Part shown: positions 55,207 through 64,000 of the stretch, piece by piece
How positions within the stretch are numbered: the stretch's first letter is position 1
How the letters are laid out: each line of letters begins with the position of its first letter
DNA from: Abditibacteriaceae bacterium
Lineage (GTDB): Bacteria > Armatimonadota > Abditibacteriia > Abditibacteriales > Abditibacteriaceae
Direction of reading: 5' to 3'
Assembly (NCBI GenBank): GCA_031425655.1
Contig: JANPJS010000312.1
Location: 1 to 64,000, forward strand
DNA: 64,000 bases
Translations under genes and position numbers: made by a program
Notes under the pieces: generated by a model
The model's database searches: none
The model's input: only the letters and a program-made list of their open reading frames with translations
What the model was told of the DNA's origin: nothing

Positions 55207-57454
55207 ATCGCCAACAATTGAATCCATTCCGGCGCCGCAAAAGCCCGACACCGGCGCGTTTCTCGACACCTTCAACGACAAAACGCTGCTGGCCTATTTT
55301 CGGGCAGTGCACGACTGGCACGGCTATATCAAGTTTCTGGGGTTGCCGGCGCTGATTGAAACCAGCCGCGATGTGCCGCTGCGGAACCTTTATGTCGAGC
55401 CGCGCTTTGCGGCGCAACACCTGACGCCGGAGAGCTTCGACGACGTGGAGAAAGCGCCGGAAACGGTGGCGGCGATTGAGGCTTTAAAGCAGCATCAGCG
55501 GCTGGTGCTGCTCGGCGATCCGGGGTCGGGCAAGTCTACGCTGGTCAACTGGCTGGCCGAGTGTTTGACGTTCCCGCTCGCCACGTCGGTGACGAGCGCA
55601 CTGGGGCCGTTGGTGCCCATTCCGCTGATTCTGCGCGAGTTGCAGATTGACGCCTCGATAACGTGGGACGCGCTGATGAAGCAGTTTTTGGAGCGTCCCG
55701 TCGCCAAGAGTCTGAAGGAGAACCCCGAAACCCTCGAAACGCTGCTGCAAAGTGGGCAGGCGTTCGTGATGCTCGACGGCATTGACGAAATCGCCAGCGT
55801 GGAAACGCGCCAAGCGTTGCGCGATGCGGTGCATGATGGTTTTCGGCGTTACCTGCGCGCTCAGTGGCTGCTCACCTCGCGGGTGGTGGGCTATGATGAG
55901 GCTTCGTTCAATTTTTCCATCTGGCCGAGTTGGACGAGACAAGGGGAGACTATCCATTGGCGACTAAAAGAAATAGGTCTCCTCTACGCTGCGCCGTTTA
56001 ACGACGCACAAATCGAGCAGTTTGCGCGCAATTGGTATCATCAGCACGAGAGTAATCCGCATTTGGCGGAGCAAAGCCCGGCGGAGTTTGTCGCGGTCGT
56101 CGCGGCGAATCAGGGCATACGGCGGCTGGCGCGCATTCCAAATCTGCTGACGTTTATGGCGTTGATCCATCGCATTCATGCCGACCTGCCGGATGGCCGT
56201 GCGCTGCTTTACGCGAAAGTCTCGGAGGCGTATCTCAATACCATTGATTCGTTTCGCAAACTGCCGCTGCCGGTCAACTTCAGCTTAGCCGACAAAGAGC
56301 GTTGGCTGGCAGTCGTCGGCTTTCGGATGCAAATGCGCCGCTACGAGGCGACATTAAAAGGCGAGGCAGCGCAAAGCGAAATCTTAGTGCCGGGCGCCGA
56401 GGTGCGGCAATGGCTGGCGGAGGCGATGCGTCCCAAAGTGGGCGACGAAGCGGACAAGACGGCGGCGGCGCTGCTCGATTACATCGGACGGCGCAGCGGA
56501 CTGCTGCTGCCGCGCGGTGAAGACCTCTTCGCCTTCCTGCACCTGACGTTTCAGGAATACTTCGCGGCGCTTTTCATCAAAGAGAAGATCAAGTCGCTGA
56601 CGTGGATGAGGCGCAACACGGTGACGAACGACGACGACTCGGACACCGCGCTGTCGCGTTTGCGCGACTACGCCAACTCGACGGTGTGGCAGGAAACGCT
56701 GCTGCTGCTCTTCGAGAGTCTTTCCGAAGAAGGCGAATGGCCCGACGACCTGACGCGCCTGCTCTTTGAAAACGACTTCGACCTGGCCGAGCCGCAGCCG
56801 TTGAAACAGCGGTTTGTTTGGAATGAAACCCGGCGCAAACATGCTCATAACGACCAAATGCAAACGCTGGTGCTGCTGGCAGCGATTTCGGTAGACCCGC
56901 ACAGCGGCCTCAGCGCCGGACTGCGCCCCGGCGTCTGGCGCGCCTGCTGGCAATGGGAGTTGGAACGGCAGAAAGAAACGGGAGTAGATACGCCCATCGT
57001 CGAGAATCAAGTAGCGTGTGCGTTGATGGCCCCGGTCACCTCCCTGCCGCAGGTGATGACGCAGTTTGCACAAGCGGCGCAGTTGTCACAGCCGGACTGC
57101 TTGTGGCTTGGCTACTGTGTAGGTTTGAATGACGTGACGCCGTTGGCGGCTTTGACCAACCTGTATTACCTCGTTTTGAGCGACACGGCGGTGAGAGACG
57201 TGAGGCCGTTGGCGGCTCTGACCAATCTGTATTACCTCGATTTGAGCAATACGGCGGTGAGAGACGTGAGGCCGTTAGCGGCGCTGACCGAGCTGGGCTA
57301 CCTCTCTTTGAGAAACACGGCGGTGAGCGACGTGACGCCATTGGCGGCGCTGACCAATCTGAAACTTCTCACTTTGAGCGACACGGCGGTGAGCGAGGCT
57401 GACGTGGCGGCGTTAAAGAAGAAGTTGCCGCACACCCAGATTAGCGGGCCGTAG
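55175..57454 (+). CDS. NACHT NTPase with C-terminal leucine-rich repeats (bacterial NLR-like)
   Basis: LLGDPGSGKST, FVMLDGIDE, LTSR, IPNLL, RRSGLL, FAFLHLTFQEYFAA; four complete 22-aa LRRs; start 55175 or 55184 overlaps the KAP gene end. Confidence 0.92.
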   Translation: MKTMPQNSPSKSPTIESIPAPQKPDTGAFLDTFNDKTLLAYFRAVHDWHGYIKFLGLPALIETSRDVPLRNLYVEPRFAAQHLTPESFDDVEKAPETVAAIEALKQHQRLVLLGDPGSGKSTLVNWLAECLTFPLATSVTSALGPLVPIPLILRELQIDASITWDALMKQFLERPVAKSLKENPETLETLLQSGQAFVMLDGIDEIASVETRQALRDAVHDGFRRYLRAQWLLTSRVVGYDEASFNFSIWPSWTRQGETIHWRLKEIGLLYAAPFNDAQIEQFARNWYHQHESNPHLAEQSPAEFVAVVAANQGIRRLARIPNLLTFMALIHRIHADLPDGRALLYAKVSEAYLNTIDSFRKLPLPVNFSLADKERWLAVVGFRMQMRRYEATLKGEAAQSEILVPGAEVRQWLAEAMRPKVGDEADKTAAALLDYIGRRSGLLLPRGEDLFAFLHLTFQEYFAALFIKEKIKSLTWMRRNTVTNDDDSDTALSRLRDYANSTVWQETLLLLFESLSEEGEWPDDLTRLLFENDFDLAEPQPLKQRFVWNETRRKHAHNDQMQTLVLLAAISVDPHSGLSAGLRPGVWRACWQWELERQKETGVDTPIVENQVACALMAPVTSLPQVMTQFAQAAQLSQPDCLWLGYCVGLNDVTPLAALTNLYYLVLSDTAVRDVRPLAALTNLYYLDLSNTAVRDVRPLAALTELGYLSLRNTAVSDVTPLAALTNLKLLTLSDTAVSEADVAALKKKLPHTQISGP
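57131..57394 (+). repeat. Four 66 bp tandem repeats encoding LRRs
   Basis: Units start at 57131, 57197, 57263 and 57329 (gacgtga.gcc.tt.gcggc..tgacc). Confidence 0.92.
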
Positions 57455-57459
57455 CCGAG

Positions 57460-57612
57460 GCGAAAATGCGTCCGGCAGCCGCGAAAATCGCGCTGACACG
57501 CACGCAATTGATGCTGACAGCCGCGAAAACGAGAGTGGCGCCCGCGAAAAGCGTGCTGACACTTACGAAATGGTGTCGGCTGCGGCAAAAATGATGGTGG
57601 CAGCGACAAAAT
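57460..57612. repeat. Degenerate 21 nt periodic repeat
   Basis: (g/a)cgaaaa-like words at 57460, 57481, 57502, 57523, 57544, 57565, 57585 and 57606. Confidence 0.55.
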
Positions 57613-57827
57613 GGGCTTTTGACGAGCGCCTGATGACCCGATTTCGCAAAGACCACGGCGAATTCGTGACCGCCTAACAGGGCGCCCGCGTCATCATAGA
57701 CCGAGCCGGCACCGTCAAAACCAAGCTCGCGCCTGCCACGCCGTAGACATGGAGACACGAAAAAAGGAGACACGGAAATCATTCCGCGTCTCCTTTTCTT
57801 TTCACTGACATCGAAGCGCAATTGAAT

Positions 57828-57875
57828 GTAGGGGCACGCTACGGCGTGCCCGGACACGCCATAGCGTGTCGCTAC
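57828..57875. repeat. GTAG-type REP pair
   Basis: gtaggggcacgctacggcgtgccc followed by ggacacgccatagcgtgtcgctac. Confidence 0.7.
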
Positions 57876-57879
57876 GAAA

Positions 57880-60800
57880 TCAATCTTTCACGCTGAGCCG
57901 CGTTTCGTCGGAGATTGCGCGGACTTCCGGTGCATACATCGCGTAGCCGTTGGTCGGCAAAGCGTGGAAGCGGCCCGGAATCTCGGCGCGCATTCGGTAG
58001 CGAAGCACGCGCACGCCTTGCGGCAGATGATCCACGAACAGGGCGACTTTGGTGTCGCGCAGTTCGACGTTGCTGCACAAGCCGTCGCCCCACGCAGAGC
58101 CGCTTCGCAAATCAACGGCTTCAAGGCCCGCCGCTTTCATGTCCTCGAACACCAGATACGAATAATCGTTGTCGGCATCGAGCGTGAGTTCGACTTCGAT
58201 TAAATCGCTGCTGACAAGCGTTGCGCCGTCTTTGATTTCGGTGCGCGTGAACTCTTGCTTCGGCGGCTCTGCCGGGCGCGGACGCGGGAACGGTGGCATA
58301 ATGCCGCGTCCGCCCACCGCGATTTTGGCGGACGCAACCGCCGGTGCCGTGGTCGTCGCGGCGCCTGCGCCTTGCTCCGGTTTCACTTCGGGATTGCGCG
58401 TCAACTTGAAGTAGCGGCGTTTGATCGCAATGGCGTTGCCCGACGCTTTGATCGGCTCTTCGAGCGAGAAGTATTCGCTGGCCGCGCTCCAATACACGTT
58501 GCCGCGTCCCTGCTTCTCAATCGTCACTTTGTTGGCGCCGTCTGCAAGGAACAAGTCGCCGCTGATGAAGCGATTATCGAAGAACAGCATATTGTCGGCG
58601 GTGACGCGATAGCTGCGCTTGATGCGGTCGTTCAGCGTGACGGTCAGCGTGTAATCCACATCCAGTTCTTTGTTGACGCGCACGTAATCGTTCAAGGCGC
58701 TGACGGCCATCGCGGTGGCTTTGGTGCTGCGCCAGTGGTTGCCGCGCGACTTGGTGACCAGCCATTTCATGCTGCGGTCAACCATCGCGTTTTTCGGGTC
58801 AATCTGCAAAAAGGCTTTGAGCGCCCAGGCGTTGGTTTCCACGTCGTCGTTCCACCAATACCACCATTGATTCGCCATTTTCCAGCGCGCGGTGCCGTTG
58901 GCGGCGTCCACGAGCGCGGTGTTTTCCAGATTGCGAACCATCACGCCGGCTTTGTCTTTTTCGCCGCTATTGGAAAGCGCCAACGCCAGCAACGCTTGCG
59001 AATACGGCGTCAGGCGTTCGCGCTGCGTGAATAAGCGGCCCGCCACGACTTTCTGCGCTGCATCGCCCATTTTGCCACGCAGCGACAGCGCGTGCGCCAT
59101 CCACGTTAAAAGGTGCAGATTGTCTTCGTCCGTCATCTGTTTTTCGAGATAAGCGAAGCCGCGATTCAAAACGTCGTCGCGCACCTTCACTTCGGCGGCT
59201 TTGGCCGTCGCCAATCCCCACATCACATAGGCAGTCATGTATTCGTCGCTCTGCGAGGAGCCGGGCCACCAGCCCCAGCCGCCGTCGCCGCGCTGCATTC
59301 CGTAAAGGCGGTCGAGGCCTTCTTTGGTCATCTGATTGACGACAGCTTGGTCGTAAACCGGATTCGAGCCGCGATGCGATGTCCACCACATCCGCGAAGC
59401 CATTTGTTGCAAATCGCGCGAATTCGGCATTCCCGTCGGATAGGTGTAGCCGGTATTTTTCACGCGCTCGCCGATGGGCGCGGCTTTGGCTTCGGCTTCG
59501 TAGGCTTGCGCGCGGGCTTTGAGCGTGGCCAAGTTGACGCCGCTATCGGACAGCGTTTTTTGCACGAGAACCGTCGGCATAAAGCGCGACAGCGTTTGCT
59601 CGACGCAGCCATATGGATAATCGGCCAAATAGGGCAGGGCGTCCATCATCGTGGCCGCGAGGCTCGGATTAAGCTGCACGTTGAGCGAAGTCGCGCCGAA
59701 ACGACGCTCTTTGGGCAGATTTATCGTCGCCGTGGCCGAATTCACGCCGTTTTTGAGGACGCCGCTTTGCGATGCGAAACGCTGGATACCATGCACCAAA
59801 ACCGGGAAATTCATCTTGACGGCGTCGGCGTCTTCGTCGGTTTGCGCGGTCATTTGCACATGGGTGTCGCCGTCGCGCGTGACGTTGACAACCCAGTTCA
59901 CGCGCGCTTCTTCGCCCGCTTTGACTTCGATAAAGCCGGACGCGGCTTTAAACATTTCGCCCGTTGCGAGGTTGGTTTCGGGTTTGGCTTCGACTTCCAA
60001 ACCGCTGCCCAAATCGAGCGCGATTTTGACGCGCTTGGCCGACTTCAAATAGTTGTGGACGTTGGCTGTTAGCACAACTTGATCGCGCTCTACGAAGAAG
60101 CGCGGCGCCTGCAAGCGCACGAGCAGGTTTTTCTTGGTTTCCACGTCGTTTTCGCCCGCGCCGACTTGCACATTTGGCGTGACGCCGCGCGCCGTGGCGT
60201 GCCATTGCGTCAGCGAATCCGGGAAAGTGACTTCGACTTTAGCTGTGCCGCCTTCGGTGACGACGGCGGGCGACCAAAACGCGGTTTCGGCGAAGTTGGA
60301 GCGCACTTGCGCCGTGGCGAGTTGGGTTTCGCCTGCTTGCCGTTGGTCTTTTTTGTCTCCAGCCGATTCTTTGCGGGCTGCTTTAGCCATCGTTTCCATC
60401 GGCGCTCCGCCGAGTCCGCCGGCAGCCGAAGCCATCGGCGCGGAGGCTGGCATGGCCATCGCGCTATTCGCGGACACCGCGCCGTCGGCCAGCATAAAGT
60501 TCTCGGCGCCGCGCATTCCGAGGCGCCGATTGTAGCGCCCGTAGTAACCAAACTGGCCTGGCGGCAGGTTCAACTGGCCCAGTTCGTCGGGGAATTCCCA
60601 GCCGTGCTGCTCGTAATTCTGGTATTTCTGGTCGTCTTCGGTGTGGCCCTGCGGCTGGCCCGAACGGTGCGAATCGAGGTTGACCGAGTTGGCGCGGCGC
60701 TCGCCGTAATAAAACAAGCGAATGTCCGGCGCGTAGTCTTTTTGAATGTAAAACAGGCTGGCGTCAATCATCGCCACGCTGACTTCGGCGCGGGCCGGAT

Positions 60801-63800
60801 TGCCTTTCCAGTCTTTCGCAGCGATGGTGAAAGTGCCTTTTTCGCCCGGTTTGTATTCGCTTTTGTCGCCTTTTACGGAAATATCGAGGAACTGCTTGGT
60901 CGGCGGCACGAAAACTTCCTGCTGCGCCTGATACACCTGAAAATTCTTGACCATCGCGGCGGCGATGGCGAAGTTCGGGACGTGCCTGTGTTCAATCGGA
61001 ATCGTGATTTCCTTGCTTTTACCTTCGATGAAAATCACGTCGCGCCGCAAAATATCGCCGCCCGACTCCTGTGTCAGCAAAACCGTGCTGCCCGGCGAAT
61101 CGGCGATGAGCAGCACTTTGGCGGTGTCGCCTTCTTCATAATTGCGCTTATCAAGCACAATCGTCACGCCTTGCAAGCGGAACTGCGTGTTATTGAGGCC
61201 CGGCCCGGCGACCCAGATCGTTGTCGAGCCGACGACTTTGTTGCCCCAATCGTCCGTGCTTTCCCACGCGATGCGAAAATGCCCGGCGTTGTCGGTCGGC
61301 CATGTCCAGATGGCGCGGCCTTTCTCGTCGGTGCGAATTGCTTCTTCGAAAATCTTTTCTTCTTTGTTATCGGGCAGCAGCTTGTAAACCACCATTTTGC
61401 CCGCCGTGCTTTGCGGTTTGTCGTTGGCGTCCTGGGTTACGATTTCGATTTGCACACGGTCGCCGCTGATGTAATAACCCTGTTTGGCGTTGAGAAACGC
61501 GAAATATTGCTGATTCGCCACGCGCACTTCGCCTTGTCCTTCAATCGTGCGGCGGCTGGAATCGGTCACTTCGGCTTCGATGGTGTAGAGCGGGTTGGAA
61601 TAGCGCTGCCACCAATCGGTCTCGGATACCTCTTCGCGCTTCGTCGCAAAGCTCACTTCGGCGTTACCTTGCGCGTCGGTTTTGACCGTTCCTTCTTTGA
61701 TGATTTCGCCCGCGCCTTCGCCGCCGATGTTGCGCCGTCCCGTGTTGTAATCGCCGACGCCCCAGTAGGAATAAAGCCACGCGAACGGCTGCGGGAAGCG
61801 ATAATTGGCCCACCAACGGCTGCGGCGCACGGTATATTTCACGGTCGCATTCGGGACGGGCGAGCCGAAATAATACTTCGCGTTGATTTTCGCGGCGACG
61901 GTTTCGCCGGGCTTGACGGCGTTGTCGGGCGCGTCTACCGTGACGATAAATTCGGGGCGCTTATATTCCTCGACGCGAAAGCGATTGGCGCCATGCGCCG
62001 CGACGTTTTGTTTGGTTTGCGGAACGTGAGCCTGCACCGTGTATTCGCCGAGTGGTGTTTCCATCGGCAGCATGAATTCGCCGTTGACGGTGCCGAATTC
62101 TGAAGTCGTCAGCTTCTTGGTGAAGATGTTCTCGCCCTTCGGATTTGTTACCGTGACGTTGACTTCGACGCCCACCATCGGCGCTTGATCGCCTCCGGCC
62201 ACGCGCTTCGTGAGAATCTGGCGAAAATAGACTTTTTGATTCGGGCGATAAACCGGGCGGTCGGTGTAGGAATAAACTTTGGCTTCTTCACGATTGCCGC
62301 CGTAATAGCCGCCGTAATAATTGCTGCCGGTCAGCGCGTAACGGTTGCCGACCCACGCGAAAGCCTGCACTTGCTGCGAGTTGCGATTCGGGCCGCGCAC
62401 TAATTTTTTCTCGAAGAAGCCGACTTCGCCGCTGGTGCCTTTAGCCAAGTCAACGTGGTTGGCGCTGTTTTCCCAGTAAGTCTCTTTGAGAATCACGTTC
62501 GCGCCGTTAATCGGCGCGCCGCTGCGCGCGTCGGCGACAAAAGCCAGAGCTTCGTCGCGGTCGGTTTTCTTGAGAATCGCAAGGTCGCTGATGAGCAAAA
62601 CGCGCGCGGTGCGGATGCCGTCGCCTTCGGCGACAATCGCGTAGGCGCCGAGTTCTTTCAGCGGCGTGTCAATGGTTTCGTTGACGCCCTGATAATCGCC
62701 CTTGTCTTTGGAATTAAACGTCCATTCCCCCGCTTTTTCGCCGAAATACTGGCGCGCGTTGGCAATGCTGCCGAAGTTGCGATCCCACTCGGTGAATTGA
62801 AGATTCGGCTGGTTCAGTTTGGCGTCCTGCGCGATGATTTTCTCAAGCTGCACGCGATAAGCGGTGAACTTCACGCTTTTTAAATTGCGCGTATTGACCG
62901 TGATTTTCGCGGCTTCGCCGGGCTTTTGCTGGCCCATCGTGTCTAATGAGATTTCGCGCCGCGTAATCTGCTGGATTTGCGCTCTGGCGTCGCTCGTCCA
63001 CTTCGATTTGGGGAATTTATCCAGTAATTCGCGGTAAGCGGCCAGCGACTTGACTTGATCGCCGTTTTGCTGATGCGTTTGCGCGATGAGAATGAGAACG
63101 CGGTCGGCAATCGGGTCGCGCGGGAACTTTTCAATCACTTCGCGCCAAATGGGAATCGCTTCGAGATGATCGAAGGGATATTCGCGCGTGATATAAGTCT
63201 TTTTATCGGGGTCATACCAGTTGGCCCAGCCTTGCATTTGCTGGCGATAGGCGCGCACGAACATCCCTTTGGCCAGCAGCGAAAGAACGGTATCGTGCTT
63301 GTCGGCGCCTTGATCTAAAGCGCGGATTTCGTTGTAAAGATAAAGAACTTTGGTCGGCAGATTCCATTTTGGGTCGTAAGGCAAGCTTTGGTCAACGGTT
63401 TCGTCGAGCTTTTTGCGCCCGTCTTTCCACGCTTTTTCGAGCGCCTCGATGAATTTGCTTTGCTCGCGCGTCGGCAAATAAGCGGCGAGATCGAAATTGA
63501 GATCGTTTTCTTCATCCCACGCCATCGGGTGAATCGCCACCAAATAGCGACGGGTTTTGGCCCATTCGCGCTCTTGCTGCGCCTGCACTTTAGCTTTCTC
63601 GAAATAGTCGAGCGTGGCCTGCGCGTCTTCTTCGCCGAGATAAACCTGCACCGGCTTTTCGGCGCCTTCGACTTTAGGATAATCCTGCCCGCGATAGGTT
63701 TTGCCGCCGACTTTGTAGCCTTGATGCGGCACGACGGTGTAAAGCCGGCCCAGCCAGTAATAAATGCGCGCTTTCCACTCGGTTTTGCCGAGCAGAGTGT

Positions 63801-64000
63801 TGGCTGAAGCGAACGCCTCGTCCCACTTTTCGGTTTTGCCCAGGGAAACCGCGATGCGATATTCGATTTCTTCGCGGTCGCGCACGGCGCCGGCAACCAG
63901 CGCCGCCCGGTAAAGTTCGAGCGCGCGGGCGTAGCTTTTCTCGTTCCACGCGGCGTCGGCTTGTTTCACAACGTCCTCCTGCGCGCTTGCCGGTCGCGGC
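57880..64000 (-). CDS. Bacterial alpha-2-macroglobulin family protein (5' end probably outside the window)
   Basis: TDRPVYRP, FRVEEYKRPEF, VRSNFAETAFW, FPDSLTQW, YPYGCVEQ thioester motif, DGGWGWW, AMYAPE; no signal peptide within the window. Confidence 0.95.
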   Translation of the reverse strand, partial: PRPASAQEDVVKQADAAWNEKSYARALELYRAALVAGAVRDREEIEYRIAVSLGKTEKWDEAFASANTLLGKTEWKARIYYWLGRLYTVVPHQGYKVGGKTYRGQDYPKVEGAEKPVQVYLGEEDAQATLDYFEKAKVQAQQEREWAKTRRYLVAIHPMAWDEENDLNFDLAAYLPTREQSKFIEALEKAWKDGRKKLDETVDQSLPYDPKWNLPTKVLYLYNEIRALDQGADKHDTVLSLLAKGMFVRAYRQQMQGWANWYDPDKKTYITREYPFDHLEAIPIWREVIEKFPRDPIADRVLILIAQTHQQNGDQVKSLAAYRELLDKFPKSKWTSDARAQIQQITRREISLDTMGQQKPGEAAKITVNTRNLKSVKFTAYRVQLEKIIAQDAKLNQPNLQFTEWDRNFGSIANARQYFGEKAGEWTFNSKDKGDYQGVNETIDTPLKELGAYAIVAEGDGIRTARVLLISDLAILKKTDRDEALAFVADARSGAPINGANVILKETYWENSANHVDLAKGTSGEVGFFEKKLVRGPNRNSQQVQAFAWVGNRYALTGSNYYGGYYGGNREEAKVYSYTDRPVYRPNQKVYFRQILTKRVAGGDQAPMVGVEVNVTVTNPKGENIFTKKLTTSEFGTVNGEFMLPMETPLGEYTVQAHVPQTKQNVAAHGANRFRVEEYKRPEFIVTVDAPDNAVKPGETVAAKINAKYYFGSPVPNATVKYTVRRSRWWANYRFPQPFAWLYSYWGVGDYNTGRRNIGGEGAGEIIKEGTVKTDAQGNAEVSFATKREEVSETDWWQRYSNPLYTIEAEVTDSSRRTIEGQGEVRVANQQYFAFLNAKQGYYISGDRVQIEIVTQDANDKPQSTAGKMVVYKLLPDNKEEKIFEEAIRTDEKGRAIWTWPTDNAGHFRIAWESTDDWGNKVVGSTTIWVAGPGLNNTQFRLQGVTIVLDKRNYEEGDTAKVLLIADSPGSTVLLTQESGGDILRRDVIFIEGKSKEITIPIEHRHVPNFAIAAAMVKNFQVYQAQQEVFVPPTKQFLDISVKGDKSEYKPGEKGTFTIAAKDWKGNPARAEVSVAMIDASLFYIQKDYAPDIRLFYYGERRANSVNLDSHRSGQPQGHTEDDQKYQNYEQHGWEFPDELGQLNLPPGQFGYYGRYNRRLGMRGAENFMLADGAVSANSAMAMPASAPMASAAGGLGGAPMETMAKAARKESAGDKKDQRQAGETQLATAQVRSNFAETAFWSPAVVTEGGTAKVEVTFPDSLTQWHATARGVTPNVQVGAGENDVETKKNLLVRLQAPRFFVERDQVVLTANVHNYLKSAKRVKIALDLGSGLEVEAKPETNLATGEMFKAASGFIEVKAGEEARVNWVVNVTRDGDTHVQMTAQTDEDADAVKMNFPVLVHGIQRFASQSGVLKNGVNSATATINLPKERRFGATSLNVQLNPSLAATMMDALPYLADYPYGCVEQTLSRFMPTVLVQKTLSDSGVNLATLKARAQAYEAEAKAAPIGERVKNTGYTYPTGMPNSRDLQQMASRMWWTSHRGSNPVYDQAVVNQMTKEGLDRLYGMQRGDGGWGWWPGSSQSDEYMTAYVMWGLATAKAAEVKVRDDVLNRGFAYLEKQMTDEDNLHLLTWMAHALSLRGKMGDAAQKVVAGRLFTQRERLTPYSQALLALALSNSGEKDKAGVMVRNLENTALVDAANGTARWKMANQWWYWWNDDVETNAWALKAFLQIDPKNAMVDRSMKWLVTKSRGNHWRSTKATAMAVSALNDYVRVNKELDVDYTLTVTLNDRIKRSYRVTADNMLFFDNRFISGDLFLADGANKVTIEKQGRGNVYWSAASEYFSLEEPIKASGNAIAIKRRYFKLTRNPEVKPEQGAGAATTTAPAVASAKIAVGGRGIMPPFPRPRPAEPPKQEFTRTEIKDGATLVSSDLIEVELTLDADNDYSYLVFEDMKAAGLEAVDLRSGSAWGDGLCSNVELRDTKVALFVDHLPQGVRVLRYRMRAEIPGRFHALPTNGYAMYAPEVRAISDETRLSVKD

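Noticed and set aside
57131..57394. 66 bp periodicity as a CRISPR array or DGR template/variable repeat
   Set aside because: Units are in-frame LRR codons; there is no reverse transcriptase or separate template repeat in the window
60079..62103. 674-aa plus-strand ORF
   Set aside because: Antisense shadow of the alpha-2-macroglobulin gene in GC-rich DNA

Overview
GC-rich bacterial chromosomal window. The DUF1559 H-X9-DG prepilin-like genes, the PSD1/DUF1501 pair, the AraR-type regulator and the tandem Uma2 genes suggest Armatimonadota/Abditibacteriota or a PVC-like lineage (inference). In order it contains: the end of a Wzy-type exopolysaccharide cluster; arsS; an ECF sigma/anti-sigma-linked MsrPQ-like operon with a secreted Met-rich protein and two copies of a candidate ECF promoter; an M1 peptidase; two secreted paralogues sharing a Cys-less Ada-like domain; 2x Uma2; lysS; two quinone reductases; a GGDEF/HD-GYP pair; housekeeping genes (mtnP, tatA, moeA, ispE, and folC frameshifted at a heptamer repeat); a VIT/propeller pair; a DUF1559 pair; PSD1/DUF1501; an orphan flavin halogenase; an overlapping KAP NTPase + NACHT-LRR (NLR-like) pair, the best candidate for an undescribed defence system; and a 5'-truncated alpha-2-macroglobulin. 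Many intergenic gaps hold palindromic REP/MITE-like elements from several families, including one nested MITE with a TTA target duplication. No rRNA, tRNA, CRISPR array or transposase was seen. All calls come from motif recognition only; no searches were run.
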